NCBI GenBank assembly: GCA_004764695.1
Contig: SMSO01000014.1
Span: 1,545,648 to 1,609,647 of the forward strand
Reading direction: 5' to 3'
Length of the DNA: 64,000 bases
Origin: Schizochytrium sp. TIO01
Lineage: Eukaryota > Protista > Bigyra: Labyrinthulomycetes
In this document: piece by piece, positions 22,701-31,600 of the stretch
Numbering within the stretch: the first letter of the stretch is position 1
Layout of the letters: the number at the start of each line of letters is the position of its first letter
Notes under the pieces: generated by a model
The model's input: the letters and a program-made list of their open reading frames with translations, nothing else
Databases searched by the model: none
Told to the model about the DNA's origin: nothing
Made by a program: the position numbers and the translations under genes

Positions 22701-25409
22701 CGTGGCGAATATGGTGATCTTGAGCTTGTAGTGAACTTTTTAACAAGTGATAGCAATTCAAGCACACCTGAGGAGTGTTCGATAGGCATCTCAGCACTCT
22801 CTGATGGTGGCTGTGAATGTGGAGGTGTGAAGGTTCTCTCGATTGCTTCTAACTCAGTGGACACCAATGGGCGGTACTCGCAGACCTTAGTCATCAACAC
22901 AGTTTACGCTACTGTTTATCGCTTCTTTATTCGAGCTCAAACGACTGCTTCGCAGCGCGAGCTCAACGAGCTGCGTCTATACCGTACTGATGGTCGCTGT
23001 GGTTCAAATTATCCGTTAGAAAATGGCCAAGCATCTCAGTGCCCAACTGAAGAGATTCTTTGGGATGATGGAACGATTGGCACACGGCCCTGTTGCTCTC
23101 AAGCTGGATACTGTGGTTCTGCTGAAGATAACTTCTGTACTTGTAGCTTATGCATGGATTACAACATTTTTGAAAGAGACGATTGGGAAAGCCTGTACAG
23201 GTACGATGGCGCGTGCCGTGACACATCATCTAGTTCAGACCCAGACGTGAAGGCTATTTGCCCGCCTAGTGAAGCTCAATGGTGGGACAGCACTGCGGAG
23301 GCTAGACCATGTTGCAATGACGACATGACCTGCGGCAATACTGTTGCAGACTGCAGCTGCCCAACATGTGTTGATTACCGGACTTTTGTAAATCAAACAC
23401 AAAACGGCATTGATGATTACTACGCTACTCTTTTGGAGGACTCTAATGCTGTAGTAACCGTGACGTCGGCTGACGGTACTACGACAACATTCAACATACC
23501 TGAGCTTACGGAGTTAAACTTTCAGCAGTCATCAAATTCTTCTCTAGGACCGTCATTTGCCAGACTGTTTTGTATTAGCGCTACAAGTACCCAGGCAAGC
23601 TTTCATGAGTATGGCGCTCCACGTTATTTTAGTTACGAAAGTGAAATGTTGGCCTTAGACATCGATACATGTCCTGGTGCTTCATCTTCTTGCAACTATG
23701 TTTATGTGACAGGAATTACGAATAACGACACCCTGAATGGCGTGTATTATTTGCGCAGTAACAGCGACTCCTCTACAGTCTCATATAATGCATACCCCGG
23801 CTATTACGTTGCACAGTCAGGAATTTATAAAACAAAAAATGTGCAAAAAATCAGTACATGTATCAACGCATGTGATGCTGATGATACATGCGAAGGTTTT
23901 CTCTATCAAGAAGTTGAAGACTATCCATCCTACTACTCATGCAGTATGTTTGCAGACCTAGCTAGCAATCTGGGAATGCTTACGACTGACGATACGTCAA
24001 TCATTGTTTACGTAAAAAGCTCTGGGGAGGAAACTCCAACAAAGTGGTATACAAAAGTGGATACACTGATGTCTGACAAGCAAATTCACTTGTATAGAGA
24101 CGATCAGTACTCTTACTCTAATATTCTTTTCCGCTGGTTTTTTGACGATAATTTGGTTTCCGATGACGGATATTATGCCTATGGCGCTGACAAAACTGGT
24201 ACAAGTCCTTCTGGAGTTTCACAGTGGTGGGTGCGTGCAGATGATTCCACTGGGGTGACGTATATCCTTCCTGAAAGTCCTTCTGCGGTTTCTGCTACGA
24301 GCGTATCTGCGTCGTGTGAGCTCGTGAATCCAACAGTTACAAAAGATTTCTCGAGTCTTGCATGCACATGTACGAACACATTCAGTGATGAAGATGATGT
24401 TTGCTACATGGACTGTGCTACAGACCAAACCGATGGGGACTGCAAAGCAGACCCACGAGTTCTTCTGGATAAAGGACGGTACTCTTATGACATCTATCCA
24501 AATAAACAACTTGGAGAGGGGTTGATGCGATCTGAAATGGCATATATTAACTACGGCTATGGAAATTGCGACAAGAAGAAACGACCTAAAAACGGAGATT
24601 GTAGAATATATAACGGTCCAGTAGCCCAGTGCAAACGTATTTGCGATAAACATCCGGGAGTATGTGCTGGCTTTGATTATGAGCGCTTAGGTGACTATGC
24701 AACCGGCTACGACCCTTTTGTATCAGAGGAAGTCAGCTCAGGCCGTTGTCATTTCCGGACAAGCAAGGGCGCATATTTTTATATGTCAAGTAATGCTCAT
24801 GATTCATATGTTCGCACTGAAATTCCAACTGATGGAGCTCTTTGTACCACGCAGAAGTATCCTACAGATGAGCCAGCTACGGATTACGGTTGCCAGGCCG
24901 GGTATACGTTTTGTGGGACTGGACGTTATGACCCAACGTCATACAGTTCTTGCGCAGGTTCCAATTCGAGTGCTTCATGCACACAATTCCGAATCCGCTT
25001 TGCAGATACTCCATATTGTTTGACCCGTTCACGTTGGTCGATTCGTGCCATTCAGTGTGACACAACTAACTCGTACCAGAGTTGGATATTGACGAGCGAT
25101 GGATATCTTGTGGGTGAAGGCGTCGATTCAGATGTTGAGGTGTATAACTCCTTATACTACACAATCGGCGTCAACTTCAGTAACTCTACTACAACACCTT
25201 TTATAATGGATCCGACATCTCGTTCTTCTGCTGATAATTTTGAACCAATTAAGTTTCGCGCAAAGTCTGAAAATGAGCTCCATGGAGTTCTTGACAGCGA
25301 TGGAACTTTACTTTGCTTTGACCCTGAACCAACCCTCGGTTTAGTTGCTAGCATTCACACTCAACTTTACGAGGGCAGCACTGCCTGTGCAAGCTTTGAA
25401 TTTTATTAA
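16701..25409 (+). CDS. Giant (2902 aa) multipass cell-surface protein: ~9 TM helices (two tetraspanin-like units + 1), six Cys-rich ETDxDCGG repeats, PT linker, EGF, two chitin-binding/hevein-like modules, PAN/Apple-like and ricin-like modules
   Basis: Uninterrupted 8.7-kb ORF. Hydrophobic helices at ~aa 240-670 include the tetraspanin-like IIGFFAAWLESKKLLLIH. Also seen: repeats C-x6-8-E[TSG]DxDCG, EGF CSNRGTCNNATGLCECETGYYGYQC, DGRCG…PCCSQAGYCG…CTCSLCMDY, CINACDADDTCEGFLY, CKRICDKHPGVCAGFDY, and many N-x-S/T sequons. Confidence 0.85.
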   Translation: MKNRANRKTRGQSSGSRTRSHDTFSSEESVDESNNNSDESKESLFTSLVDTIYQTKHSSKIGGYSELPAPPIIDASYFNAQPGMMPALRGYRSQELNLGRDVVAPVETEENFSSRTAELEVDPTTKANPVKSGMKGSWIGARIYNQLWGNKELRIAPAPPPAKNSSHEQQEKIVVREVLQHNREAGTATGGAQAENSVIQRTQDKRLSIAQIERMKRHFGHGTTMRKEARKHIVERWTHTFLVTKLCILIVFSIILIAMGAISEPLVSGRVVWISGVLLLISSALGIHGAKIVVREIEFDDDGVETPGQRMLQIYFHIALSFLVLFLPFAINLMRDPLGYEGDVLSTVFRAGDSLLVENAEKYLRVAGAIGLCTSIIISWSLRSVVKIVTFFEITQSFLEIFSLTVIGLGIMLLALLLSFYKQTQFMSDSDAVADVSGTMGSRIALSTILLLLIIGMSIIGFFAAWLESKKLLLIHAVGISVLGVMVLAYGLLVVTVDWSTIIDNRCYQIVKTMSDSWWKDTVLCTKYGGTSISALVENYDIETGSYFYMVNGPGLAARCKDASQYAVAWEYSATTYANRTTFLVGCVDLSCCDKLSDFLSSLSFTITFAFVLLVLSIFVVAIGDLWLRRETQNDKGRVKVFSRTRGFWILTIAGLICVVSISVLTTFVSGEMGRNSADKNLSPWENVTVGFPVYNISFPHSCANSLLDGNETDIDCGSSEDLGGCKDRCSVGRTCREDSDCLSDLYCSGDKTCQMPSVLTCTDGKKNLFETDIDCGGTSCQGCANGLNCKVSTDCFFNNCEDGKCVGCTDGIKNAGETDVDCGSTQCTIEASLGVFSLDIVASTFNYSGLTGPNGLCLSPGRCSTGEDCESGNCVDYQCVSCFNNAVDGDETDTDCGGENCAKRCPTGWSCLVDDDCQSGNYCNDNNYLCTSIGKCNNDSTTNNGESDVDCGGDSSGCPRCVDGQICLLDRDCESQICYIVGDNEAGVCTSCGNGVKDGDEGDIDCGGSQCNQLCAQNQTCNQSSDCKTGLFCWTDYSRNAAIDHYYQYYTNSTETEFDWFPPVNTCQTPFTLSVTSLSPYIAILENVGYGELFVSDMSNVFDISSASTSSTRRRLIAGGRAGNRRLQDVSSAVSAGYPGSMEVTNNGSWPFLCNLTVKATSDNENVFFEMSETSSKVTFDTWTNSTPGFIAIIHHNDEFPEVYMKSTQCENPRTSQVTSQWSVDANCDFLNISSSLQEGIASIVVPYTTTLTGLVNTSSCIDSIYDSKCHVIPDASITVREYVLGTCQNIQSPSTSASCEYVTCTTSYTYYHQCVEVASQDNPCCYWLGDDEADLSGSTTCLSGSNASLSTSSGVDGAFTSVIPELYVNFSKVDLSQTRDLLIEASHDDYETQYMIVDASTGVVTKAGTVYLVPLNSSMQAPTPSPGSTQEPTTPTPGIVLSTQTPTVQPTATPTVQPTATPTLSQPIFVAAASCPAPEDSAKRLQDLADEISEYDNVIVFKIEAYKEYRIEIFGNLLTGIDSLEDEICRLWCGTACTQNSACNTEITVVNNSSFILEVGSYNELADVPDISEFITDLSSALSISLENINYAETSSMLLASGYPNVNNENTTETSVRRVISWSVGDTAKENVMNVLDQPYDAYDTCSVSVVPCLGNLCSNRGTCNNATGLCECETGYYGYQCQLVEWSEFDPFCVWKKAYSQQYCTTISNINEASFNSMFSESGLVRYDRFGTPYAYYRRLSDPSSFNAYSNFLETWDDESNEMYQDFVIYSTQEDLYNTVNEWTECNYGVSGRGFPGQCGPEEINFYKWCSRYCADQSLKSLYQSSATSSFALYICDPVTTSPPGTTYAPSTCKTFGECTGTIAGHVVDELGLPVEASISLLSVSPSSVKVARAVLPDKTTSTEMVSSDQNSTITRLASLELSSECRTRSTTSSGMKSIFNFDDVDVGMYTLLIEPTDSDTYDPKVLNNVEFRNENVTVLIPTATNGSRLTVNFAYDRGEYGDLELVVNFLTSDSNSSTPEECSIGISALSDGGCECGGVKVLSIASNSVDTNGRYSQTLVINTVYATVYRFFIRAQTTASQRELNELRLYRTDGRCGSNYPLENGQASQCPTEEILWDDGTIGTRPCCSQAGYCGSAEDNFCTCSLCMDYNIFERDDWESLYRYDGACRDTSSSSDPDVKAICPPSEAQWWDSTAEARPCCNDDMTCGNTVADCSCPTCVDYRTFVNQTQNGIDDYYATLLEDSNAVVTVTSADGTTTTFNIPELTELNFQQSSNSSLGPSFARLFCISATSTQASFHEYGAPRYFSYESEMLALDIDTCPGASSSCNYVYVTGITNNDTLNGVYYLRSNSDSSTVSYNAYPGYYVAQSGIYKTKNVQKISTCINACDADDTCEGFLYQEVEDYPSYYSCSMFADLASNLGMLTTDDTSIIVYVKSSGEETPTKWYTKVDTLMSDKQIHLYRDDQYSYSNILFRWFFDDNLVSDDGYYAYGADKTGTSPSGVSQWWVRADDSTGVTYILPESPSAVSATSVSASCELVNPTVTKDFSSLACTCTNTFSDEDDVCYMDCATDQTDGDCKADPRVLLDKGRYSYDIYPNKQLGEGLMRSEMAYINYGYGNCDKKKRPKNGDCRIYNGPVAQCKRICDKHPGVCAGFDYERLGDYATGYDPFVSEEVSSGRCHFRTSKGAYFYMSSNAHDSYVRTEIPTDGALCTTQKYPTDEPATDYGCQAGYTFCGTGRYDPTSYSSCAGSNSSASCTQFRIRFADTPYCLTRSRWSIRAIQCDTTNSYQSWILTSDGYLVGEGVDSDVEVYNSLYYTIGVNFSNSTTTPFIMDPTSRSSADNFEPIKFRAKSENELHGVLDSDGTLLCFDPEPTLGLVASIHTQLYEGSTACASFEFY
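18804..19803 (+). repeat. Six coding Cys-rich repeats (C..(D/N)G.E(T/S/G)D.DCG(G)..C...C..G..C....DC....C)
   Basis: ETDIDCGS, ETDIDCGG, ETDVDCGS, ETDTDCGG, ESDVDCGG and EGDIDCGG occur in succession in the translation. Confidence 0.85.
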
Positions 25410-25600
25410 AGAAGACCCTATAATGTTACTGCTTGCAAGATGGACCGATACCCACAAACACGCTATCTTTCGACACTATTTTCTAACAAGCAAAACGATT
25501 TGATTTTTATTAGCTTTCATTTATTCATTTATTTAATGACTTTCTTGGAACTTTCGCTCCTTTTGAAATAAAAGATTACTGTCATGGTTTTTGCTAAAAT

Positions 25601-27577
25601 TCAATTGACCGATTTTTGAGAAATTGCACGAAGCTTTGCAACCCAGGTAATAGTTTGCGGGCGACTTGATGTCACAAACAAAATACTCGTTGCTTCTCTC
25701 AGGTGTTGCTTCACTTTAGAACGCCTATACCGGCGGCCTGGTTCCACTACAGCATGGGGTTTATCGTCCGTCGATATCGCTGTCATGGAGAATTCCGGGC
25801 TGTCTAAGTCCCCAGAAAAAGTCGAAGAAGCAGTCTTGCATTTTGTGACATGAATTATATACAGAGGTTCCAAATCTCCGTAAGTTTCATACATGTATAG
25901 CCTTCCGTTGATAAGAGCACACCAATAGCATTCCCAGACGAAATCACGATACTCCTCAGACACACCAAGGTCTGCGGTTTGCAAGTTTGGCATAGGATTT
26001 GACTCCTTTTGTTTGGGAGCTGCAGACTTTACTTGCCCAAGAGCAGGCTGCTCAAGTCCTGGACGTACTCGTACCGGACCCACAGTAAGTCTTCTCCATT
26101 GGTTTTGCACTAACGAAGATACCGTGCTCCATACGGATGCATGTATCTTCTGAATTGTCTCGGGAGGTGCTAAAGATAGACTTGGGGAAAACGGAGAAAA
26201 CGGAGGAGAGAATGGGGACCTTGGCGACGTGGGAGACTGTAATGAGCCTCGATTACGTGGGGACCTTGGCGATAGAGGGCTCAGGGGGGAAAACAGGCGA
26301 GGAGATCTAGAGCGACCACTCGTCTGGCTTGCCCTCGCGTCTGCATTGGATGCCCATAACCAGCCTGTATTGGTGTGACTTGAAGCTTGCACCTTCACAC
26401 TGGCAATCACAGAAAGGTCTTTGGTCATCCGTGAAGCCAAACCTCGCTTCACACAGTCAACACGAATTTCAGTGGCTCCTATTCCTGCTACGGAACGTTT
26501 AATATGTGCAATATCAACTAAGTTCACTTCGAAGAGAACTCCTCCAGGGCGTGGATCAAAGAGCATAAGTCCCAGTACGCAGTCCTCATCCATGCCCGGA
26601 ATAACCAAATGCTTGCTAATTCTAAAACTTGAGCTTTGGATATTATGAATGTTTTTGTGATATACAAAAACCATCTCGGAAGACTTTAGATTCCACACTG
26701 TCATTTTACAGCACAGAGCGGTTTCAGGTCTTGATGTATCCCATTCTCGAATCTTAATACCAAGTTCAAGCACCTGCAGATGTGCGTTACTTCGTTGTAG
26801 CGCAAGCCGAGTTTTATGGCCCTTCCACAAGCTTTGCATTTTACGACATGCATCAGCTTGAAGCTGCATCAGTAATCGCTGGTATGATGGACTCCGAGCA
26901 CTTGATCTGCGTCTATTGATATGACTAGCGATTGACTTTTGGGGTTGTTCCTGGTGATGAAGATTATCTAGCGCTAGTTTAGGAACCACACAGTTGCGAC
27001 TAGGCGTCTTGGTGAGTTGGACATTGTTTTCAATGCTTGATTCTGTTTCTAATTCTTCAGACTCGTCATCTTCAATCACAAGGTTGCTGCTGCTCCTAGA
27101 CATGGACTCCTTCATTGATTCTGACATTGGCGGTTCAATAATTTGGTTTGGCTGAGAAGGGTGTCCACCCTCTGCCAGGTTCTCTGAGGAAGTCTGATTT
27201 TCAGATAGTGAACTTCGCTTCATGAGTTGGATGTTTGCTTTCCTAGTTAAGGTCAACGCATCTAGTGTTTGTTTAATAAATGCCTTGGACTCTTTCCTAA
27301 TAATCTCTTGACGGGAAACCTCTATAGGTTCCCCGCCTCGTTTGCCGTGGGTGATGGAGTGGCCGATTCCAGCTGCTGCAAGTCTTTCGAGCAGGTCCTT
27401 TTCCGCTGCTTCCTCGCTCTCTGTAAGATTGCGCAGCACCTCACCCTCAAATTCAATGTCTATATCTTGGTCTCGTTTCTGTAATCGCTCCCGGACTGTC
27501 TCAAACTCTGAGTCAAGGGGGCTTTTCTGCATGCTCTTTCCTTGCTCAATTTGATTGCTGCAACGAACCGGTGGCAT
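25601..27577 (-). CDS. IQ-motif and PH-domain protein
   Basis: 658-aa ORF. IQ-like ACRKMQSLWKGHKTRL. PH-like elements TGWLW … WECYWCALINGRLYMYE … TITWVAKLRAIS, interrupted by an SP-rich insert. Confidence 0.7.
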   Translation of the reverse strand: MPPVRCSNQIEQGKSMQKSPLDSEFETVRERLQKRDQDIDIEFEGEVLRNLTESEEAAEKDLLERLAAAGIGHSITHGKRGGEPIEVSRQEIIRKESKAFIKQTLDALTLTRKANIQLMKRSSLSENQTSSENLAEGGHPSQPNQIIEPPMSESMKESMSRSSSNLVIEDDESEELETESSIENNVQLTKTPSRNCVVPKLALDNLHHQEQPQKSIASHINRRRSSARSPSYQRLLMQLQADACRKMQSLWKGHKTRLALQRSNAHLQVLELGIKIREWDTSRPETALCCKMTVWNLKSSEMVFVYHKNIHNIQSSSFRISKHLVIPGMDEDCVLGLMLFDPRPGGVLFEVNLVDIAHIKRSVAGIGATEIRVDCVKRGLASRMTKDLSVIASVKVQASSHTNTGWLWASNADARASQTSGRSRSPRLFSPLSPLSPRSPRNRGSLQSPTSPRSPFSPPFSPFSPSLSLAPPETIQKIHASVWSTVSSLVQNQWRRLTVGPVRVRPGLEQPALGQVKSAAPKQKESNPMPNLQTADLGVSEEYRDFVWECYWCALINGRLYMYETYGDLEPLYIIHVTKCKTASSTFSGDLDSPEFSMTAISTDDKPHAVVEPGRRYRRSKVKQHLREATSILFVTSSRPQTITWVAKLRAISQKSVN

Positions 27578-28648
27578 CTACTGATGAAATCCTTCGCTCA
27601 TACCCTCTTATTTCAGCAGAAGACCTCAGGCATAGTCTTCTCTCTAGATATGTAAAATATTGCCCCTATTGTAAGGTTAATCACAGAATGGTAGTACTCG
27701 GCAAGGAGGGAGACAGTTGGGGTTATTAATAATTTCATCTGCTGACACGCCGCCTGAGTGGTAGCTGCTTCTCCTTCCTCTCTCTGCATCACGCTAGGTA
27801 TCCGCCTCTTCTGGGAACGAGTGTAGAATACAGACCCAACCACGAGCTGAAGTACTCTTTATATTGTAGTGCACACCTTTTGTGCACAAACTGTTCTAAA
27901 CCACCCCCCATGTATCCGTTGAGTTTGGCACTGCGATGAAAAGGGGGAGGGGTTACTGCTAGTTCTTGACTCAACTCTCAATATTTGCGTTTTTTGTGAG
28001 AACTGGAAAACATGAAACCATATATGTTATGGTATGCAAGGTCGGGCATTCGTCTTGAACCAAATAGGTTTATTAAGGCGGGGGCAGGTGTATATGGGCT
28101 GATCCTGGGCCAGAGAAGTCATTGATCCTAGGTAATATTAGTACCAGCGAATCCTCTTGGGTCAATAGCTCTACCTATGCCATATTAGTTGCCGACTTGA
28201 GATATACTAGCTACACAAAAAAGGTGAACGTTAATAGGTGAGCTCCAAGGAGCTACGAGGAGAAAGGAGCTTGAGGCAAGCAGCAGCGAGAATTATAATA
28301 GTAGCCATAGGCGTCGTGGCCCTACAATTGCCTTCTATTCTTCGGTTCTGTGCATCAAACGGAGCAGGCCAAGCTAGGAAAGGTCGCAAAGAAGTGATAG
28401 GCCTTGCAGAGACTAGTCTTCACCAAGTCCTTCTCGGCCTTTGGGTGGACTTATAACAGCTGGCAACCTGAAATAGACTGGTTTGTATCAGGTATACAAC
28501 AAGTTTCAAGAAAGCATTGAACTTAGGTTCTGAAAATTGCAATATTTTAGGCTAAGTTTAGTGCGGCTTTGCATTGTTTGGCACCTCTAGCCCGCCAGTG
28601 CTAAGGACCAGTGTGCTGCGTTACACTAAAGAGGAATTATTTCCAGAA

Positions 28649-31600
28649 ATGGCGGAGCAGCGCGTAAAACAGTGGGAACAAATGACTTCCGAAGAAAGAT
28701 TTAAAGAAAGAGCTCGTAGGAAACGAGAAAAGCTTTCTCGAAAACTCCAGGACAACTCCAATGACCATGTTAATGCTTACTATATGTCGAAGGCAGAGGA
28801 TGATAATTCAGATAATTCTTCTGAAGGCGAAGCTTCGGGCTCTGAGGAATCAGACGAGGAATCAGCAAGCTCCATGTACTCTAGGTCTCAATCTGAATCG
28901 GCTGCGAGCACAAGGCAACATTTGAAGCTAGAAAGCTCAGTTGCCTCAATCTCAAAAACAACTAGCACAGGCGCAACATCATATGATCAAAGCGATGGAG
29001 AAGCTAGCGCTGGGAAGTCTTTTATCAAGTCCATCGATAGTCCAAGAGAGAGATCTCAAAGTACATCTAGAAGTGCAACAGGTAGTGGGTCTGGCAGTGA
29101 GTCTGGGAGCGAGTCTGGCAGTGCGTCTGGGAGCGAGTCTGGCAGTGAGTCTGGGAGCGAGTCTGGGAGCGAGTCTGGGAGCGAGTCTGGCAGTGAGTCT
29201 GGCAGTGAGTCTGGCAGTGAGTCTGGCAGTGAGTCTGGCAGTGAGTCTGGCAGTGAGTCTGGCAATGGTTCTAGAAGCGGGTCGACCAGCAGGTCTGATA
29301 GCGAGTCTGGTAGCGAGCCAGATAGCAAATCCTTGCAAAGTAACTCTTTATATGATTTAAGCTCCAGTACTCCCCAGGTGAAGGGTAACATGGAAATAAT
29401 ACCTCAGCAGGATGACTCGCGTGCTCCTAAAGCCTTCAGGAATTATTTATGTGATGATCAGGGATCTTGTCTACTTTCTCCAGATACAGCCACAACAGAA
29501 GCTGAGAGCTATGTAGAACAGAGTATACAATCTCAAGGCGGTTCACTCTTAGCGCCTAAGTCACATTCTGGTACAGAATCAGAGACGGAGTCAGGGTCAG
29601 AGTCAGGGTCAGAGTCAGGGTCAGAGTCAGGGTCAGAGTCAGGGTCAGAGTCAGGGTCAGAGTCAGGGTCAGAGTCAGGGTCAGAGTCAGGGTCAGAGTC
29701 AGGGTCAAAGTCAGAATCAGGGTCCGAATCAGAGTCAGAATCAGAATCAGAGTCAGAATCAGAGTCAGAATCAGAGTCAGAATTAGAATCAGGATCAGAG
29801 TCAGGGTCAGAATCAGGATTAGGAAATGAATCTAAACCTGATTATCTCTCAGATAATTCTGACTCTGCTAAACTTCTCAAAGGTCATTCTGTACACATTG
29901 TAAACCCTATTTTACAAACTGGGAGCTCTTCTGACAAAGGCAAAACTTCTGGTTCTCATAGTCACGAATACCAAAATATAGAAGAATCTAGAGTTGAGGT
30001 AGATACTAATCACAATGAAATTCTGGTTGAAGATTTTGGGGCGGACGGCGAGCAACATGGATTTAGCCCTTTACATGATTCTCAGTCTCGGCGTGCAATA
30101 TCGTCTGAGCTCATTGATCCAAATGTTTCGACCCCAAAGTTTCTTCATACGCCGAGGCCAATGGTTGAGTCACCCGATGTCGTATCTCAGACATTTGAAA
30201 GCTCGCGCCTTCTACCACCACGGACTGAAACTGTCGCACAAGTTGAAATCCAGGATCCTGAAACTCCGCCAGCTTTACCTCCGAGATTCGCATTAATACA
30301 GAAAATTGATCGTTCAATGGCGCCCGAGTCACATGAAGGAAGAGGTATTTCAGAAAAAACAATTCCAAAATCAAGTCAAGCCCAACCGCAGCCAGTGACA
30401 TTGACTAAATTACCTTCCACAGACTCAAAGGCGGGGTCTAAGGTAACATCAGCTTTGCATCATGGCAAAAGAAATGATTCGCGTTCTAACTCAAGTTCTG
30501 GTCCTGATTCTAACTCAAGATTAGAGTTGGGTTCTACATCCGACTCCGAATCTGATTCTAGTCCTAACTCTGATTCAAACTCAAGTTCAGAATCTGGCTC
30601 CGAATCTGAGTCTGGTTCTGAGTCTGGTTCTGCTTCTGGTTCTGCTTCTGGCTCTGACTCTAGCTCTGAGTCTGGCTCTGAGTCTGAGTCTGACTCTGGG
30701 TCTGACTCTGGGTCTGACTCTGGGTCTGACTCTGGGTCTGACTCTGGGTCTGACTCTGGGTCTGTTTCTGAGTCCCCCTCTTCTAAGTCAGGTCGAGATA
30801 CTCCACTGAGCTCTCGTTCTAAATATAGGTCTACAATTGTCTCGAAATCTGACAATAAACCCAGCCGTTTGTTTTCACCAAGTGCAAAATCAAATTTAGA
30901 TTCAGAGATAGAATCTGATTCCGAAATGGGTCCTTCCGCGATTGAAAGCGCTGATACAAAGGAAATTCTATCTGTATGCACAGACTCTCCGAAAGCACAT
31001 ATACAACCAGAGAAGGAAGCTCTTTATCAGCATGCTAGGGAGCTTGGAATGGATCCAGACGTGGACACTGCTTTTCTTTTTATAGCTCGACAATCCATGT
31101 CTGCAAAGCTACCCGAAAATTGGGTCAGGGGTATAAGTGAAGAGGGTGATACTTACTATTACCGTACCGACACAGGAGAATCACAATGGACACACCCTCG
31201 TCAAAAAGAGTTTCAGGCTCTGTTTCAGAAGAAAAAAGCATTGCAAAATCTGTCACATCAGGCAGCAAAGGATAACAGAGCCCATGATGTTCGTATGAGT
31301 GATCAAATCTCTGCTAGCTCCATATTTATGTCTCCTGCCGATGCGCAGGCTCGTGTGAACGCGGCCAGTGTAGACAACCATTTCGAGGCAGGAGAAAAGG
31401 GAGTATTGCCACCGCTTCCGCCAAAGCCAGAACAACTACGATCTCCTCCTATGTCACCGGTAAGGAAAGACGTGAGTCCTGACATTGAGCGGCCTGCAAG
31501 TTTATACGCAAATAAAAAACCGCATTCTAGCCTTGCTCTACGTAGATCAACTAGTCGCCATGAGTCTTTTGGAAACATTCCAAACAAGTTTGCTCGCCAG

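Noticed and set aside
29591-29710. Regular short repeats that could be mistaken for a CRISPR array
   Set aside because: Head-to-tail with no spacers, in frame within a CDS, in a eukaryotic context with no cas genes.
28941-30981. Alternative-frame and antisense ORFs over the SESG repeats (LAVS, ARLT, DSLP, ESDP repeats)
   Set aside because: Stop-free by-products of 12-bp coding minisatellites.
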